A stretch of 64,000 nucleotides of DNA from Balanoglossus misakiensis (lineage: Eukaryota; Animalia; Hemichordata): positions 2,966,783 through 3,030,782 of the forward strand of contig CM082580.2 of assembly GCA_040954595.2 (NCBI GenBank). Reading direction: 5' to 3'. Position 1 is the first letter of the stretch, and every line of letters starts with the position of its first letter. Under the pieces are notes generated by a model. The model worked only from the letters and a program-made list of their open reading frames with translations. It made no database searches and was not told where the DNA came from. Both the position numbers and the translations under genes were made by a program. Positions 51,669 through 64,000 of this stretch are shown here, one piece after another.

Positions 51669-54600
51669 ATGGCGAACCTAAATGACGCATCTGCGTTTTT
51701 TCTTGTTGTTTACATACTTTTGTGTGCACTCGGGCGATGCCAAGTACATATGGTAAGTCAGTGAGAGTTCGTGCGGCCGCGCCATGACTATGACTGAAGG
51801 CAATGGAAGTGCCTGTGCTGTGGTCAAGAACAGGCGCTTGTTGCTTTGTGGGTGGTCAGTTTTGGACAATGGCTTGCTTCACACACCCTGCACCTTTTAT
51901 GATTTCTGGTTGTGTCACTCAAGCGATAGCCCGGAGACACAGGCGTTGATCTAGAATACCTTTTCCCCTACTACGCCTGTGTCTCCGGGCTACTCAAGCG
52001 AGTATCATGTAGTATCGTTCTGTCACATTTTCTTTGTCATCGTGCCAAGGGACCGTTCAGTTTTTACGGCGGGGTCACTTTAAACGTTTTTTTTTTGGGG
52101 GGGGGGGGGGGGTCACGTACTTTTGCCACCGAACTTTTGCTTTTAAGTCCCTAAAATTGCAGTTTCGCGCCCTTTTATTTTACAAAATTTTCTAATATGG
52201 GAGTGGCAAAATTAAATTGGTCCTCCCAAACATTGAGATATTTTTTATTTTACAAACCCTTCATTCCTCGCCATACCTAGTGTACCAGGGCAGAGTACTT
52301 GCCACCTTACCCTCACTGATGCTAACTTTGAGTGGCAAAAGTAAAATTTGTCCTCCCCAACATTGAGTTAATTTGCTTTTGAGTTCATTAAAATGCAATT
52401 TTGCACACCCTCCACTTTTCTTGTTTTACCAATTCTACCAACTATAGTGTTTGACGTGTCATTTTAATTTATTCATAGATTTCTTTATTGCAACAATATA
52501 CTACACTTGTGAGGAGCCCCTTTCCCTTTATTGCATACAGTATACATAAGATTAGGATGGCGAATGTTCTCGGGGTGGGTGGGGGTCATCAGTTTTTGGT
52601 CCTGGGTGAAAGGGGGGGGGGGTCGACCTGATTTTGAAAACTGATGACACTAACTTGCTCCCTCCCCAGCCGTAAAAACTGAATGGTCCCCAAAGATAAC
52701 ACTGATGATATTACTTGTGACGTCAGAATTGCATGTATACCATCGAGCTATCAGATTAGCATATATTGACGGTAACAAAGCCAGTAAAATTCACTAATTA
52801 TCTTCTGTTCTGCATGAATTTCTCTTTTTGTACTTGCAGCAAAATAATGACAGTGCTGCAGGTAATGAAAGACCACCTTATAACGAGTATGCAGCAAGAG
52901 CAAGGTACATGGTTCACAAGGTAAAATACAGTCAATCATTTTTTGTTTTCTTAATTGTGGCTGCCTTAAATAGGTTTTCACTTTGCGCTAGGGGGTCAAA
53001 TCCCATTGCATTCTGGTCGAAAAGTCGACAACCCACTGTAGTAAGAGATAGAAGAAATGATATGTTTACTGTATTTCATGTCTTCCTTGGGTCAAGCATG
53101 TCTGTCTTTGTAGTTAACATATTAAACTCATTAAACTTTTTAACATTTTGTTATTTTTTCTGTTAAAAAGTTTCAGAATGACCCATCATCACTTTATCGG
53201 CCATCTTGAAATTGTGTCGACCATGTGAGATTTTTATCACCCACCTAGGTAGCCAAAAACCTATTTAAAGGGGAAATCCGTCGTAGCTGATTTCTACATA
53301 ATTTGGTAGCTTTGATGTCACTCTTTCAGAAAAAAACATATTCGCCATGTATAGGTCGCGCGATTTTTTACAAAATCTAGAGAAAGTTCCAATATGGCGT
53401 TTACTGTAATTTGAATCATGGGAAAAACAGCGCCAGGACCAACTTCCGCCCACCTTAGTGTGGGTGATACCATTTTCCGATTGGTGTCACTGCGTCACAA
53501 GCTAAGCGTATTTGCATATTTTCGATGGGTTATAGCTCATGAAAACTGTCAATAGATGACAAATTTTCGACTTTGCTGATGATTGTTTATCAACTGATGC
53601 AAAGAACAAACAATAGCTATGAAAATACGCCTAGTCTGTCGCCCAGTGACACCTATCGGAGAATGGTATCACCCACACCATGGTGGGCGGAAGTTGGTCC
53701 TGGCGCTTTTTTTCCCATGATTCAAATTACAGTAAACGCCATATTGGAAATTCTGCCAACTTTCCCTAGATTTTGTAAAAAATCGCGCGACCTATACATG
53801 GCGATTATGTTTTTTTCTGAAAGAGTGACATCAAAGCTACCAAATTATGTAGAAATCAGCTACAACGGATTTCCCCTTTAAGGTCGGGAGAATTGATCTA
53901 CAAAAAGCCAACTTAAGGATGTACGCGCAGAACATAAACCGGAAACACTGCGCGCCCGGTTTTTTTCCCATAGGATTACATTGATAATCGCTAGAAAACA
54001 AACTTCTACTATTGTCATTTAAAAAAAATTTCACACAAAGCTCAGTCCAGTAAATATAAAGTCATTGGTCAAATAAAATATAGGGGTCACCGCGCTCTAT
54101 TTTGAGGTAAATTGCGTTAAAAATTTTGCCCATAGACAAACCATTGGTGAAAAATGCTGAGTCAGCAGATTTCTTGTATTATCGACCAAATTCATAGCTA
54201 TATATTTCAAAAACAAGCGCGGTGACCCATATATTTTATTACAGATTTTCATTATACATACAAAGGGGAATCCAAAAATCCACAATTAAAAAAAATGGCA
54301 ATACTTTCAATTTTACTGAACGTACATCCTTAAAAAAATATGCTAAATGCAGTCAAATTTGACATTTAACATCACAAATGTGTTGTGTCAAATACCACTG
54401 AACAGTGCATGGTCGTTTTGTAGAAATGAAAGTAATTTTTACCCTTTGCTTTAGGCAAACTGGGCGATGCTAAACACCATATCTGCACAACCTGGCATGG
54501 AAGGGTATGCATTTGGAAATGTTATGTCCATAAGTGATGGACTGCCGGATAACAGTACAGGGATCCCATATATTTACTTGAGTCCACGTGAGGTTTCTTA

Positions 54601-55264
54601 TCAAGATTTCCAAGTCCAAAACAAAGTGACTCTGGCATTCAGTGAAGCTGAATTTCCTGACGTTGATGACTGCAAAATCAGTCCAGTGTCAGATCCTGAG
54701 AGTCCATTGTGTACAAGATTGGTATTACTGGGTATGTATATCACAACAACTTCTTTGTGATTTTTCTTGTCCAAAGCTATAAAAACTTTGTCATGCCATT
54801 CAAAGTGCCTGTGTGTTCGGATGTACATTTGCATGTCAATTTGTATTGCAATATGATCCAATGTGACTGCTAGGTGGCCATTTTTGCAATATTTTACGTC
54901 TTGTGCCATTACTTTGACACACCTGATAATGTACAATGGTTGAAAAAAAAAAAAAAAAAATTGAATTTTCAGGTCCATTACATTACATGCAAAACTCACT
55001 CTCAGAAATCTGATTCTTACCCAAGCTAATACCAGTGTTTGTCTTGTTTTCCAACTGGTAGGTTCCATGGCACACGTTACTGATGCAAGTGAGCTGGAGT
55101 TTGCCAAGAAAGTTTTGTTTACACGACACCCAGTCATGCCCAGTTGGCCATCTTCACATCAATTTACATACATGAAACTGATGATTCAGGATATATGGAT
55201 GATCGATTACTTTGGCGGTGGAATACATGTCAGTGTTGACAAGTATTTTAATGCTAAGATCTAG
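51669..55264 (+). CDS. CREG1: CREG-family protein, copy 3 (intact ORF)
   Basis: Exons 51669-51752, 52840-52920, 54455-54731, 55062-55264. GT-AG sites and frame intact. Confidence 0.88.
51927..51992. mobile_element. 66-bp hairpin element with a perfect 9-bp TSD, private to CREG copy 3
   Basis: CTCAAGCGA-TAGCCCGGAGACACAGGCGT...ACGCCTGTGTCTCCGGGCTA-CTCAAGCGA. Empty site in copies 2 and 4. Confidence 0.9.
53269..53877. mobile_element. 609-bp TTAA-TSD MITE with long TIRs, private to CREG copy 3
   Basis: TTAA-AGGGGAAATCCGT..TAGCTGATTTCTACATAATTTGG and its reverse complement before TTAA. TIRs exceed 200 bp. Empty site CTATTTAAGGTCGGG in copies 2 and 4. Confidence 0.9.
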
Positions 55265-57748
55265 CTGATTGAGAAAAAGGAGAATAATAAAATGTAATCA
55301 GTCATAGAAGCAGTACTTTATAAGCTCTTGAATGAAGTAACTAAAGGCACCACAGAATCTCTTCCAATGTTAAGCAATGAAGGGTGGTCTGCACTGCACA
55401 TGTGCAAAGTTTCTGTATACACACGCAATTGTTCCCACTGTTCAGGGAGACCCTGTCAACCAATACATGTTGTATCAACGTAACCTGGAAATGTGATAAA
55501 AATTAACAACCTATTGATGCATGTGATTGCCATGATTTACTGTGTAATACAAAGTAACAAGTCATCGTCGATGACGTAGTTCACGCTGATTTTGTAATAA
55601 ATGTGCAATTTTTTGTCAGTGGGGAATTAGTGTCAGTGATTTGATGATGGGTTAAGCAATTGAGGCAAGGGGAAGTTTTGGTGGTCATGTGAAGTATGGG
55701 AGGAACATGTTATCACTCATTGTCTTGATGTCTATGTTTTTGTAATCAAAGACGAAATACATGTTCATTGGTGGTGGTGTTAGATGCGGGATTGTTTGGT
55801 AGCAGTGGCTGTATACTCTATTTGGGTACAATTCACTCCATATCACTCACCTAATGGCTCGTGCTTTTTGTCCGGTATTGTACGCAAATCATGCTAACGT
55901 TCGCCATTCTGTTTGGACAAGAGCTGAATCCAGTGATGGTAAATTAGTGTTTTACCACGGCTAGCATGCAGCAGGGAAAATGTGGGATTAATAGAATCTC
56001 ACACTCCCAAGGACCTAGGGTCGAGCCGCAACACATTAAAATATGGAGATTGTTTCCTGTGGCATAAATTCGCGCGATATCTAGAAAATACAACCGTTTT
56101 TTTGCGAGTCTGTCGCCAACCACGTACACCACTGTCGTCTGCACGTGACCTGATCACATTGTAGTTCCGGTTCGTGTACAACACATCACACAATTGGATA
56201 ATATTTGCTTGTTCTGAGGGGTATGAATATCATTATCCAATCAGAGCTCGTGTCAGAAAACAGTTGTCTGTGTGCGCATTAACACAGAGTGTGGGATCAA
56301 TTTGACGAAATCTAAGAACATAGCAAATTTGCAATTCTGAAATGTCATATACTCATGTAGCAACATTGTGGTAGGCCTAATGTTTTTCCCTTTTTTATTT
56401 GATCAGCAAGTACATAGCCCCGTCATTTCTTTCTTTGTCTTAGTTTTTTTATGGTTTACTATGAGTAATGAATATGTTTATTTTTTCACCAGACATTGTA
56501 ATAGTTTTGGTGAAGTTAAAATTTTTAACTGATTTTAAATCCAGGGCAAAATCCAGGCAGAGTGCTTGCCACCCCAACCCCACTGATGATAATATTTAAC
56601 AAAGTAAATACATAAAGGAGAATAATCGTTTAAACCATTTCGCATAACTGATAGTTTCGCGCTGCATCTTCTATATACTAGAAGTTTTATAAATGATGTC
56701 ATGACCAAGATAACGCCAAATCTTCTAACTTTGAGTGGAGTGGCAAAAAGTAAAATTGGTCCTCCCAAACGTTGAGATAATTTGCTTTTGAGTTCATTAA
56801 AATGCAACTTTGCGCTACATATTTTACAAAATTTTCTTGTGTGGGAGGGGAACACCAGCTCCCACACCATCCCTCCATTCTTCGCCACATTTCATTTATT
56901 TGCTGGTTTGTCTAGTGTACCAGGGCAGACTTCTTGCCACCCCACCCCCCATGCTTACTTTGAGTGGAGTGGCAAAATTAACATTTGTCCTCCCTAACAT
57001 TGAGTTAAATTTGCTTTTGAGTTCATTAAAATGCAACTTTGAGCACTGTATTTTACAACATTTTCTTACGTGGGAGACACCCCACCCGCCACTTTTCTTG
57101 TTTTACCAATTCTAGCAACTATTGTATTGACTTGTTATTTTCATTTGTTCATAATTTTTTTTATTGCAATGATATACTTTTATATATTTCAATTACTTTA
57201 AGAAATTTATAATTGAGGTGTGAGGAGCCTCATTCCCTTTATTGCATACAGTGAACATGGGATCAGGACGGCGAATGTTTTTGGCGTGGGGGGGGGGGGG
57301 GTCATTATATTTTTGGGTCTGTCAAAGGGGGGGGGGTCATCATTTTTTGCTCCTGGGTGAAAGGGGGGAGGGGTCGGCCTGATTTTGAAAACCGATGACA
57401 CAAACTTGCCAACCCCCCCCCCCCCCGGCCGTAAAAACTGAACGGTCCCTTAGCTGCCACAGCCAATAGCAGTGATGCATCTATTTTTACATAAGCTATA
57501 GTTTATTTTCACTCTGTATACAGAGTTCTCTTGGTTTGCTTTTCCCATAACCCCGTCATTTCTTTCTTTGTCATAGTTTTTTTTATGGTTTACTGTGAGT
57601 AATGAATATGTTTATTTTTTCACCAGACATTGTAATTGTTTTACGTGTTAAAAATTAAAGACTGTTTAAAACATGTGGATTAGACCGCCCTCTGCGGTAT
57701 CTTCGTGGTTTTGTTACGTAACTTGTTACGTAATCATTTTGCGCGATC

Positions 57749-60700
57749 ATGGCGAACCTAAATGACGCATCTGCGTTTTTTCTTGTTGTTTACATACTTT
57801 TGTGTACACTCGGGCGATGCCAAGTACATATGGTAAGTCAGTGAGAGTTCGTGTGGCCGCGCCATGACTATGACTGAAGACAATGGAAGGTGCCTGTGCT
57901 GTGGTCACGAACAGTAGCGCTTGTTGCTTTGTGGGTGGTCAGTTTTGGACAATGGCTTGCTTCACACACCCTGCACCTTTTTATGATTTCTGGTTGTGTC
58001 ACTCAAGCGAGTATCATGTAGTATCGTTCTGTCACATTTTCTTTGTCATCGTGCCAAGGGTTTTTACGGCGGGGTAACTTTAAACGTTTTTTTTTTTTTG
58101 AGGGGGGGGGTCACGTACTTTTGCCACCGAACTTTTGCTTTTGAGTCCCTAAAATTGCAGTTTCTCGCCCTTTATTTTACAAAATTTTCTAATATGGGAG
58201 TGGCAAAATTAAATTGGTCCTCCCAAACATTGAGATATTTTTTATTTTACAAACCCTTCATTCTTCGCCATACCTAGTGAACCAGGGCAGAGTACTTGCC
58301 ACCTTACCCTCACTGATGCTAACTTTGAGTGGCAAAAGTAAAATTTGTCCTCCCCAACATTGAGTTAATTTGCTTTTGAGTTCATTAAAATGCAATTTTG
58401 CACACCCTCCACTTTTCTTGTTTTACCAATTCTACCAACTATAGTATTTGACGTGTCATTTTAATTTGTTCATAGATTTCTTTATTGCAACAATATACTA
58501 CACTTGTGAGGAGCCCCTTTCCCTTTATTGCATACAGTATACATAAGATTAGGATGGCGAATGTTCTCGGGGTGGGTGGGGGTCATCAGTTTTTGGTCCT
58601 GGGTGAAAGGGGGGGGGGGGGTCGACCTGATTTTGAAAACTGATGACACTAACTTGCTCCCTCCCCAGCCGTAAAAACTGAATGGTCCCCAAAGATAACA
58701 CTGATGATATTACTTGTGACGTCAGAATCGCACGGTACGGTATACCATCGAGCGAAATATTGCTATCAGATTAGCATATTGATGGCAACAAAGCCAGTAA
58801 AATTCACTAATTATCTTCTGTTCTGCATGAATCTCTCTTTTTGTACTTGCAGCAAAATAATAACAGTGCTGGAGGTAATGAAAGACCACCTTATAACGAG
58901 TATGCAGCAAGAGCAAGGTACATGGTTCACAAGGTAAAATACAGTCAATCATTTTTTGTTTTCTTAATTGTGGCTGCCTTAAATAGGTTTTCACTTTGCG
59001 CTAGGGGGTCAAATCCCATTGCATTCTGGTCGAAAAGTCGACAACCCACTGTAGTAAGAGATAGAAGAAATGATATGTTTACTGTATTTCATGTCTTCCT
59101 TGGGTCAAGCATGTCTGTCTTTGTAGTTAGCATATTAAACTCATTAAACTTTTTTCACATTTTGTTATTTTTTCTGTTAAAAAGTTTCAGAATGACCCAT
59201 CATCACTTTATCGGCCATCTTGAAATTGTGTCGACCATGTGAGATTTTTATCACCCACCTAGGTAGCCAAAAACCTATTTAAGGTCGGGAGAATTGATCT
59301 ACAAAAAGCCAACTTTAATAAGGATGTACGCGCAGAACATAAACTGGAAACACTGCGCGCCCGGTCTTTTTCCCATAGGATTACATTGATAATCACTAGA
59401 AAACAAACTTCTACTATTGTCATTTTCACGAAATTTCACACAAAGCTCAGTCCAGTAAATATAAAGTCATTGGTCAAATAAAATATAGGGGTCACCGCGC
59501 TCTATTTTGAGATAAATTGCGTTAAAAATTTTGCCCATGGACAAACCATTGGTGAAAAATGCTGAGTCAGCAGATTTCTTGTATTATCGACCAAATTCAT
59601 AGCTCTATATTTCAAAAACAAGCGCGGTGACCCATATATTTTATTACAGATTTTCATTATACATACAAAGGGGAATCCAAAAATCCACAATTAAAAAAAA
59701 TGACAATACTTTCAATTTTACTGAACGTACATCCTTAAAAAAATATGCTAAATGCAGTCAAATTTGACATTTAACATCACAAATGTGTTGTGTCAAATAC
59801 CACTGAACAGTGCATGGTCGTTTTGTAGAAATGAAAGTAATTTTTACCCTTTGCTTTAGGCAAACTGGGCGATGCTAAATACCATATCTGCACAACCTGG
59901 CATGGAAGGGTATGCATTTGGAAATGTTATGTCCGTAAGTGATGGACTGCCGGATAACAGTACAGGGATCCCATATATTTATTTGAGTCCACGTGAGGTT
60001 TCTTATCAAGATTTCCAAGTCCAAAACAAAGTGACTCTGGCATTCAGTGAAGCTGAATTTCCTGACGTTGATGACTGCAAAATCAGTCCAGTGTCAGACC
60101 CTGAGAGTCCATTGTGTACAAGATTGGTATTACTGGGTATGTATATCACTAGCCTGGAGACCAGGGCGTCGATCTAGAATACAACGCCCGGGGACAGTCG
60201 ACAAATTTCCTGCTGAGCTGAAAGATAGTAGCCCTGGCAACGATCAGGGTCGCTTAGTAACGAATGGATAACGAGTGATCTATCAAATGTTGACGGGCGC
60301 CAGTGGTTGGATGATATAATTAACAAAGCTTGGTTATGAATATTCATACACCTTCAAAACCACTCCCACACCCCGTTGCGGGGAATTTCACTCATGACTC
60401 CACCTCTATTTCCTTATTTAGAATGCGATGATGTCATTTGGTTTACATTGAGTGACCAATTAGCTTACACGCAAGATTTACCACCCGTGACCCGTGTCGT
60501 ACTGCGCACAGAATTCTGTGCGTAAATAGAGACTGTCCCCAGGCGTTTCTTTTCGACGCCCTGGTCTCCAGACTAGTATATCACAACTTCTTTGTGATTT
60601 TTCTTGTCCAAAGCTATAATAACTTTGTCATGCCAAAGTGCCTGTGTGTTCTGATATTCATTTGCATGTCAATTTGTATTGCAATATGATCCAATGTGAC

Positions 60701-61096
60701 TGCTAGGTGGCCATTTTTGCAATATTTTACGTCTTGTGCCATTACTTGGACACACCTGATAATGTACAATGGTTGAAATAAAAAAACAAACCAGAAATTG
60801 AATTTTCAGGTCCATTACATGCAAAACTCACTCTCAGAAATCTGATTCTTACCCAAGCTAATACCAGTGTTTGTCTTGTTTTCCAACTGGTAGGTTCCAT
60901 GGCACACATTACTGATGCAAGTGAGCTGGAGTTTGCCAAGAAAGTTTTGTTTACACGACACCCAGTCATGCCCAGTTGGCCATCTTCACATCAATTTACA
61001 TACATGAAACTGATGATTCAGGATATATGGATGATCGATTACTTTGGCGGTGGAATACATGTTAGTGTTGACAAGTATTTTAATGCTAAGATCTAG
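57749..61096 (+). CDS. CREG1: CREG-family protein, copy 4 (intact ORF)
   Basis: Exons 57749-57832, 58853-58933, 59860-60136, 60894-61096. GT-AG sites and frame intact. Confidence 0.88.
60150..60575. mobile_element. 426-bp TAG...CTA element with a perfect 9-bp TSD, private to CREG copy 4
   Basis: GTATATCAC-TAGCCTGGAGACCAGGGCGTCGA...TCGACGCCCTGGTCTCCAGACTA-GTATATCAC. Empty site in copies 1-3. Confidence 0.9.
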
Positions 61097-61895
61097 CTGA
61101 TTGAGAAAAGGGAGAATAATAAAATGTAATCAGTAATAGAAGCTGTACTTTATAAGCTCTTGAATGAAGTAACTAAAGGCACCACAGAATCTCTTCCAAT
61201 GTTAAGCAATGAAGGGTGGTCTGCACTGCACATGTGCAAAGTTTCTGTATACACACGCAATTGTTCCCACTGTTCAGGGAGACCCTGTCAACCAATACAT
61301 GTTGTATCAACGTAACCTGGAAATGTGATAAAAATTGCCATGATCTACTGTGTAATACAAAGTAACTAGTCATCATCGATGACGTGGTTCACGCTGATTT
61401 TGTAGTGTTGTTTTTTGTGTTGCTTTGTTTTCTGATGTATGCAGTTTTGTAATAAATGTGCAAGATTTTTTCAGTGGGGAATTAGTGTCAGTGATTTGAT
61501 GGTGGGTTTAAAGCAATTGAGGCAGGGGGAAGTTTTGGTGGTCATGTGAAGTATGGGAGGAACATGTTATCACTCATTGTCTTGATGTCTATGTTTTGTC
61601 ATCACAGACGAAATACATGTTCATTGGTGGTGGTGTTAGATGCGGGATTGTTTGGTAGCAGTGGCTGTATACTCTATTTGGGTACAATTCACTCCATATC
61701 GCTCACCTAATGGCTTGTGCTTTTTGTCCGGTATTGTACGCAAATCTCATGTATACCCACCCGCGGCAGGGGTTATTAAATATTAGAGCGGCCACTTTTT
61801 GCATTATTTTCATTATTTAATTTTCCAACTTAAGATGATCCATCTAAATCAGCTTACTGATAGGTATACATGAACACCTTATCGATGCCCGATTG

Positions 61896-61995
61896 TAGTC
61901 TAGAATCTATCCGTTCGTAGTCGCATTCACCCTACTACCGTCTAGGAACGCATAACCAAAATCTAGTAAGGCCATAAAAAGGGTAATTTGAATTA
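61896..61995. mobile_element. 100-bp insertion with a perfect 9-bp TSD and weak TIRs
   Basis: GCCCGATTG-TAGTCTAGAATC...TTTGAATTA-GCCCGATTG. Empty site ATGCCCGATTGTGACTG at about 49276-49292. Confidence 0.85.
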
Positions 61996-63293
61996 GCCCG
62001 ATTGTGACTGCATGTTGCAATTTGAACACACTATTTTTAAACCGGTGCTGCACCGATTTAATCAGCCTCCGTACAAACAGTACGTAGCTATAGTGGTATG
62101 CATTGCCAAGAGATGACAAACTGATGCAAATGCAAGTACATGTAATATGGCTTAGTGGAGAGGATTTTAGAGGATAAGGAATATATGTGAATTGTTTTAC
62201 TATGGAAAAAATATATCAAATTTGGCAGCTATAGGGGCTTAAGCAACATCTGATGCAAAGGATGAACTGCATACATGTATTTTGTACGACAATGAAAGCT
62301 TTGAGTCGTACCCTTTCACCTCCATTTCCAAGAATAGTGGTAAAGGGGTTAGTGTCACACTGCCAGCTTGTTTCTTCCAACCATTTTCAAACAGCAAATC
62401 ACAACACAGTAAACTGTTTAAAACTTTATTGATGAATGACCTGTGGATACAAGCAACTACAAGCTAAAAGATAAAAATCATTGATTGCAACAACATGATT
62501 TGGAAATACAGCAAACTGTCCATGTGGACGCCTTGTCAGTTACAAAGTATTCGTTTGACAGTCCGACAATTCATACTCGTGACTTCATTCATATCAAACA
62601 TTCGAATTTCCTTAAAGTGCCTCTTCAAACAGATTGAAAATTCTGCACAAATTTCATGGGGAAATGAAATTTGCATGATGGATAAAGGAACAATTTACCA
62701 CAAAACTGACATCGGAGTAGAAGAATGATGAAAATATGTGCGGTAAGTAGAAACTTGCACACAGCAAAAGGAATGATTTTGTGACGATGCAGAGTCATGA
62801 TGAAAAATAGAACTTTTCTTGTATAACACTGAAATCAAATTTCTTCTACTCTCAACGTAATACAACCTTAGTTCGTCTCCCATTATAGCACGAGTTTACA
62901 AGGAAAGCTTAGACTTATTACAACAGCCACAGCGAATAGAAAAGTGAGCCAGGCTTTGTGCCTGACTTGGCTGCCAAAAAAAAAAAAAACCATGGAAAGT
63001 ACCGGTAAACGTAAACAGATTTACTTAAAACTAAGATTGCAGTCAAACTGGAACAGTTTTAATTTTATGCTTTGACTTCTACAGATGATTTGATAATCTG
63101 TTGACACTCTCCCTATAAAAGATATCAGAGTATGCAAAGCAGAAACTACTGAATCTTTTATCACTGATCAAAAAAAAAGAAAAGAAAATACACGTAACAG
63201 TCACTATGCTTTCCTTAACATCAAACTGTGATAAAGTACAATGTTTATAAATGTTGAAAAAGTTTTTTTGAAATGATCATCTTTGGATGGCAG

Positions 63294-64000
63294 CTACAAA
63301 AAATAATCTAATTCATTCCGTACATATGTATTCTTCTCTTCATTTGACACTCTGCAGTAACCAGCAACCAATGCATCCTGTGCTCCTATGTAAAGTGTGT
63401 TATAAATCTTCCAATAAACATCTCGCACTTTTCTGGCTGGGTGGAATAAGCCCTGAAATAAGAACCAAACATGATGCATCATTCAAAACTGTTAACAACA
63501 AAACGTGGACTAAAAGCGTTCACTTGATCACAGAAATATAACTATGGACAAACATGTACGGTGATTTTAAAATAATTGTTGCAACAGAAGTCTTCTACAG
63601 ATTTAACAGTAGCAAAGGCACTTCACTATTTACATGAACTACAAGTGAGATGTAAATGGTCACCATTTTCAAACTTAAAAAATTACACACAGGTTCCTAG
63701 CAAAAATACATGGAAAATAAGATCAAAGGTTACGACATACAGTCATGTACTTTTGAAAGCACCCGTCCCACGATCGGAATGATAAAAGGGCATCAACCCA
63801 TCCAACTTACCTGCATAGCATATTGTAAGAGTTTGATGGCACCCAGCCCAACTCGGAGACCTTCAACAGCATCCATAACAGCCTGTATCACGTGAGGTGA
63901 CGTCTCAAAGATATTAGGCCACACATAGTTAAGTAAATGAATTAGTGCATCCTCACAGCCAAATCCATACACACCAAGTGCCATGTGTTTGATAGCTGCA
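63294..64000 (-). CDS. SF3B1: Splicing factor 3B subunit 1, last two coding exons; gene continues past the right edge
   Basis: Exon >64000-63811 reads [53 protein letters not shown]. Exon 63452-63294 reads [32 protein letters not shown]...[12 protein letters not shown], the SF3B1 C-terminus. Confidence 0.96.

Larger units (their letters stand above)
38221..63765 (+). repeat. Tandem segmental duplication holding four CREG units
   Basis: Near-identical exons, introns and flanks. Junction type 1 (CREG 3' flank joined to CREG upstream sequence via TCATG) at 41218-41222 and 55889-55893. Junction type 2 (SF3B1 intron joined to a Harbinger-like MITE interior) at about 51017-51021. Confidence 0.9.

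Noticed and set aside
53265-53881. Two ORFs with near-identical C-termini on opposite strands
   Set aside because: An artefact of the long TIRs of a MITE.
54601-55137. 178-aa minus-strand ORF and similar ORFs antisense to the CREG copies
   Set aside because: Shadow ORFs spanning CREG exons and an intron; their lengths vary between copies through intronic indels.
1-64000. tRNA, rRNA, snRNA or snoRNA genes
   Set aside because: None recognised by eye; a tRNAscan-SE/Infernal scan is needed to exclude them.

Overview
AT-rich, intron-containing eukaryotic DNA from an invertebrate animal (a marine deuterostome such as a hemichordate is my guess; the sequence does not establish this). Left to right: the 5' part of SUPT5H/SPT5 (-), head-to-head with a complete ZC3H4/ZC3H6-family gene (+) that has a U12-type AT-AC intron; a complete RAB18 (-), head-to-head with SPC25 (+); a recent tandem array of four intact CREG-family genes (+) that also carries a duplicated, intact SF3B1 last exon with its downstream DNA; and the true 3' end of SF3B1 (-). 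Comparing the near-identical CREG copies gives filled versus empty sites for many non-autonomous DNA transposons (TTAA, 3-bp and 9-bp TSD classes); TA-TSD MITEs occur elsewhere. The most unusual signal is a set of very small (about 40-430 bp) hairpin elements with 9-bp TSDs that stack repeatedly at one 9-mer, mostly near gene 5' ends. Exon coordinates were read by hand from splice signals and frame continuity. Gene names come from recognising protein motifs, not from database searches.
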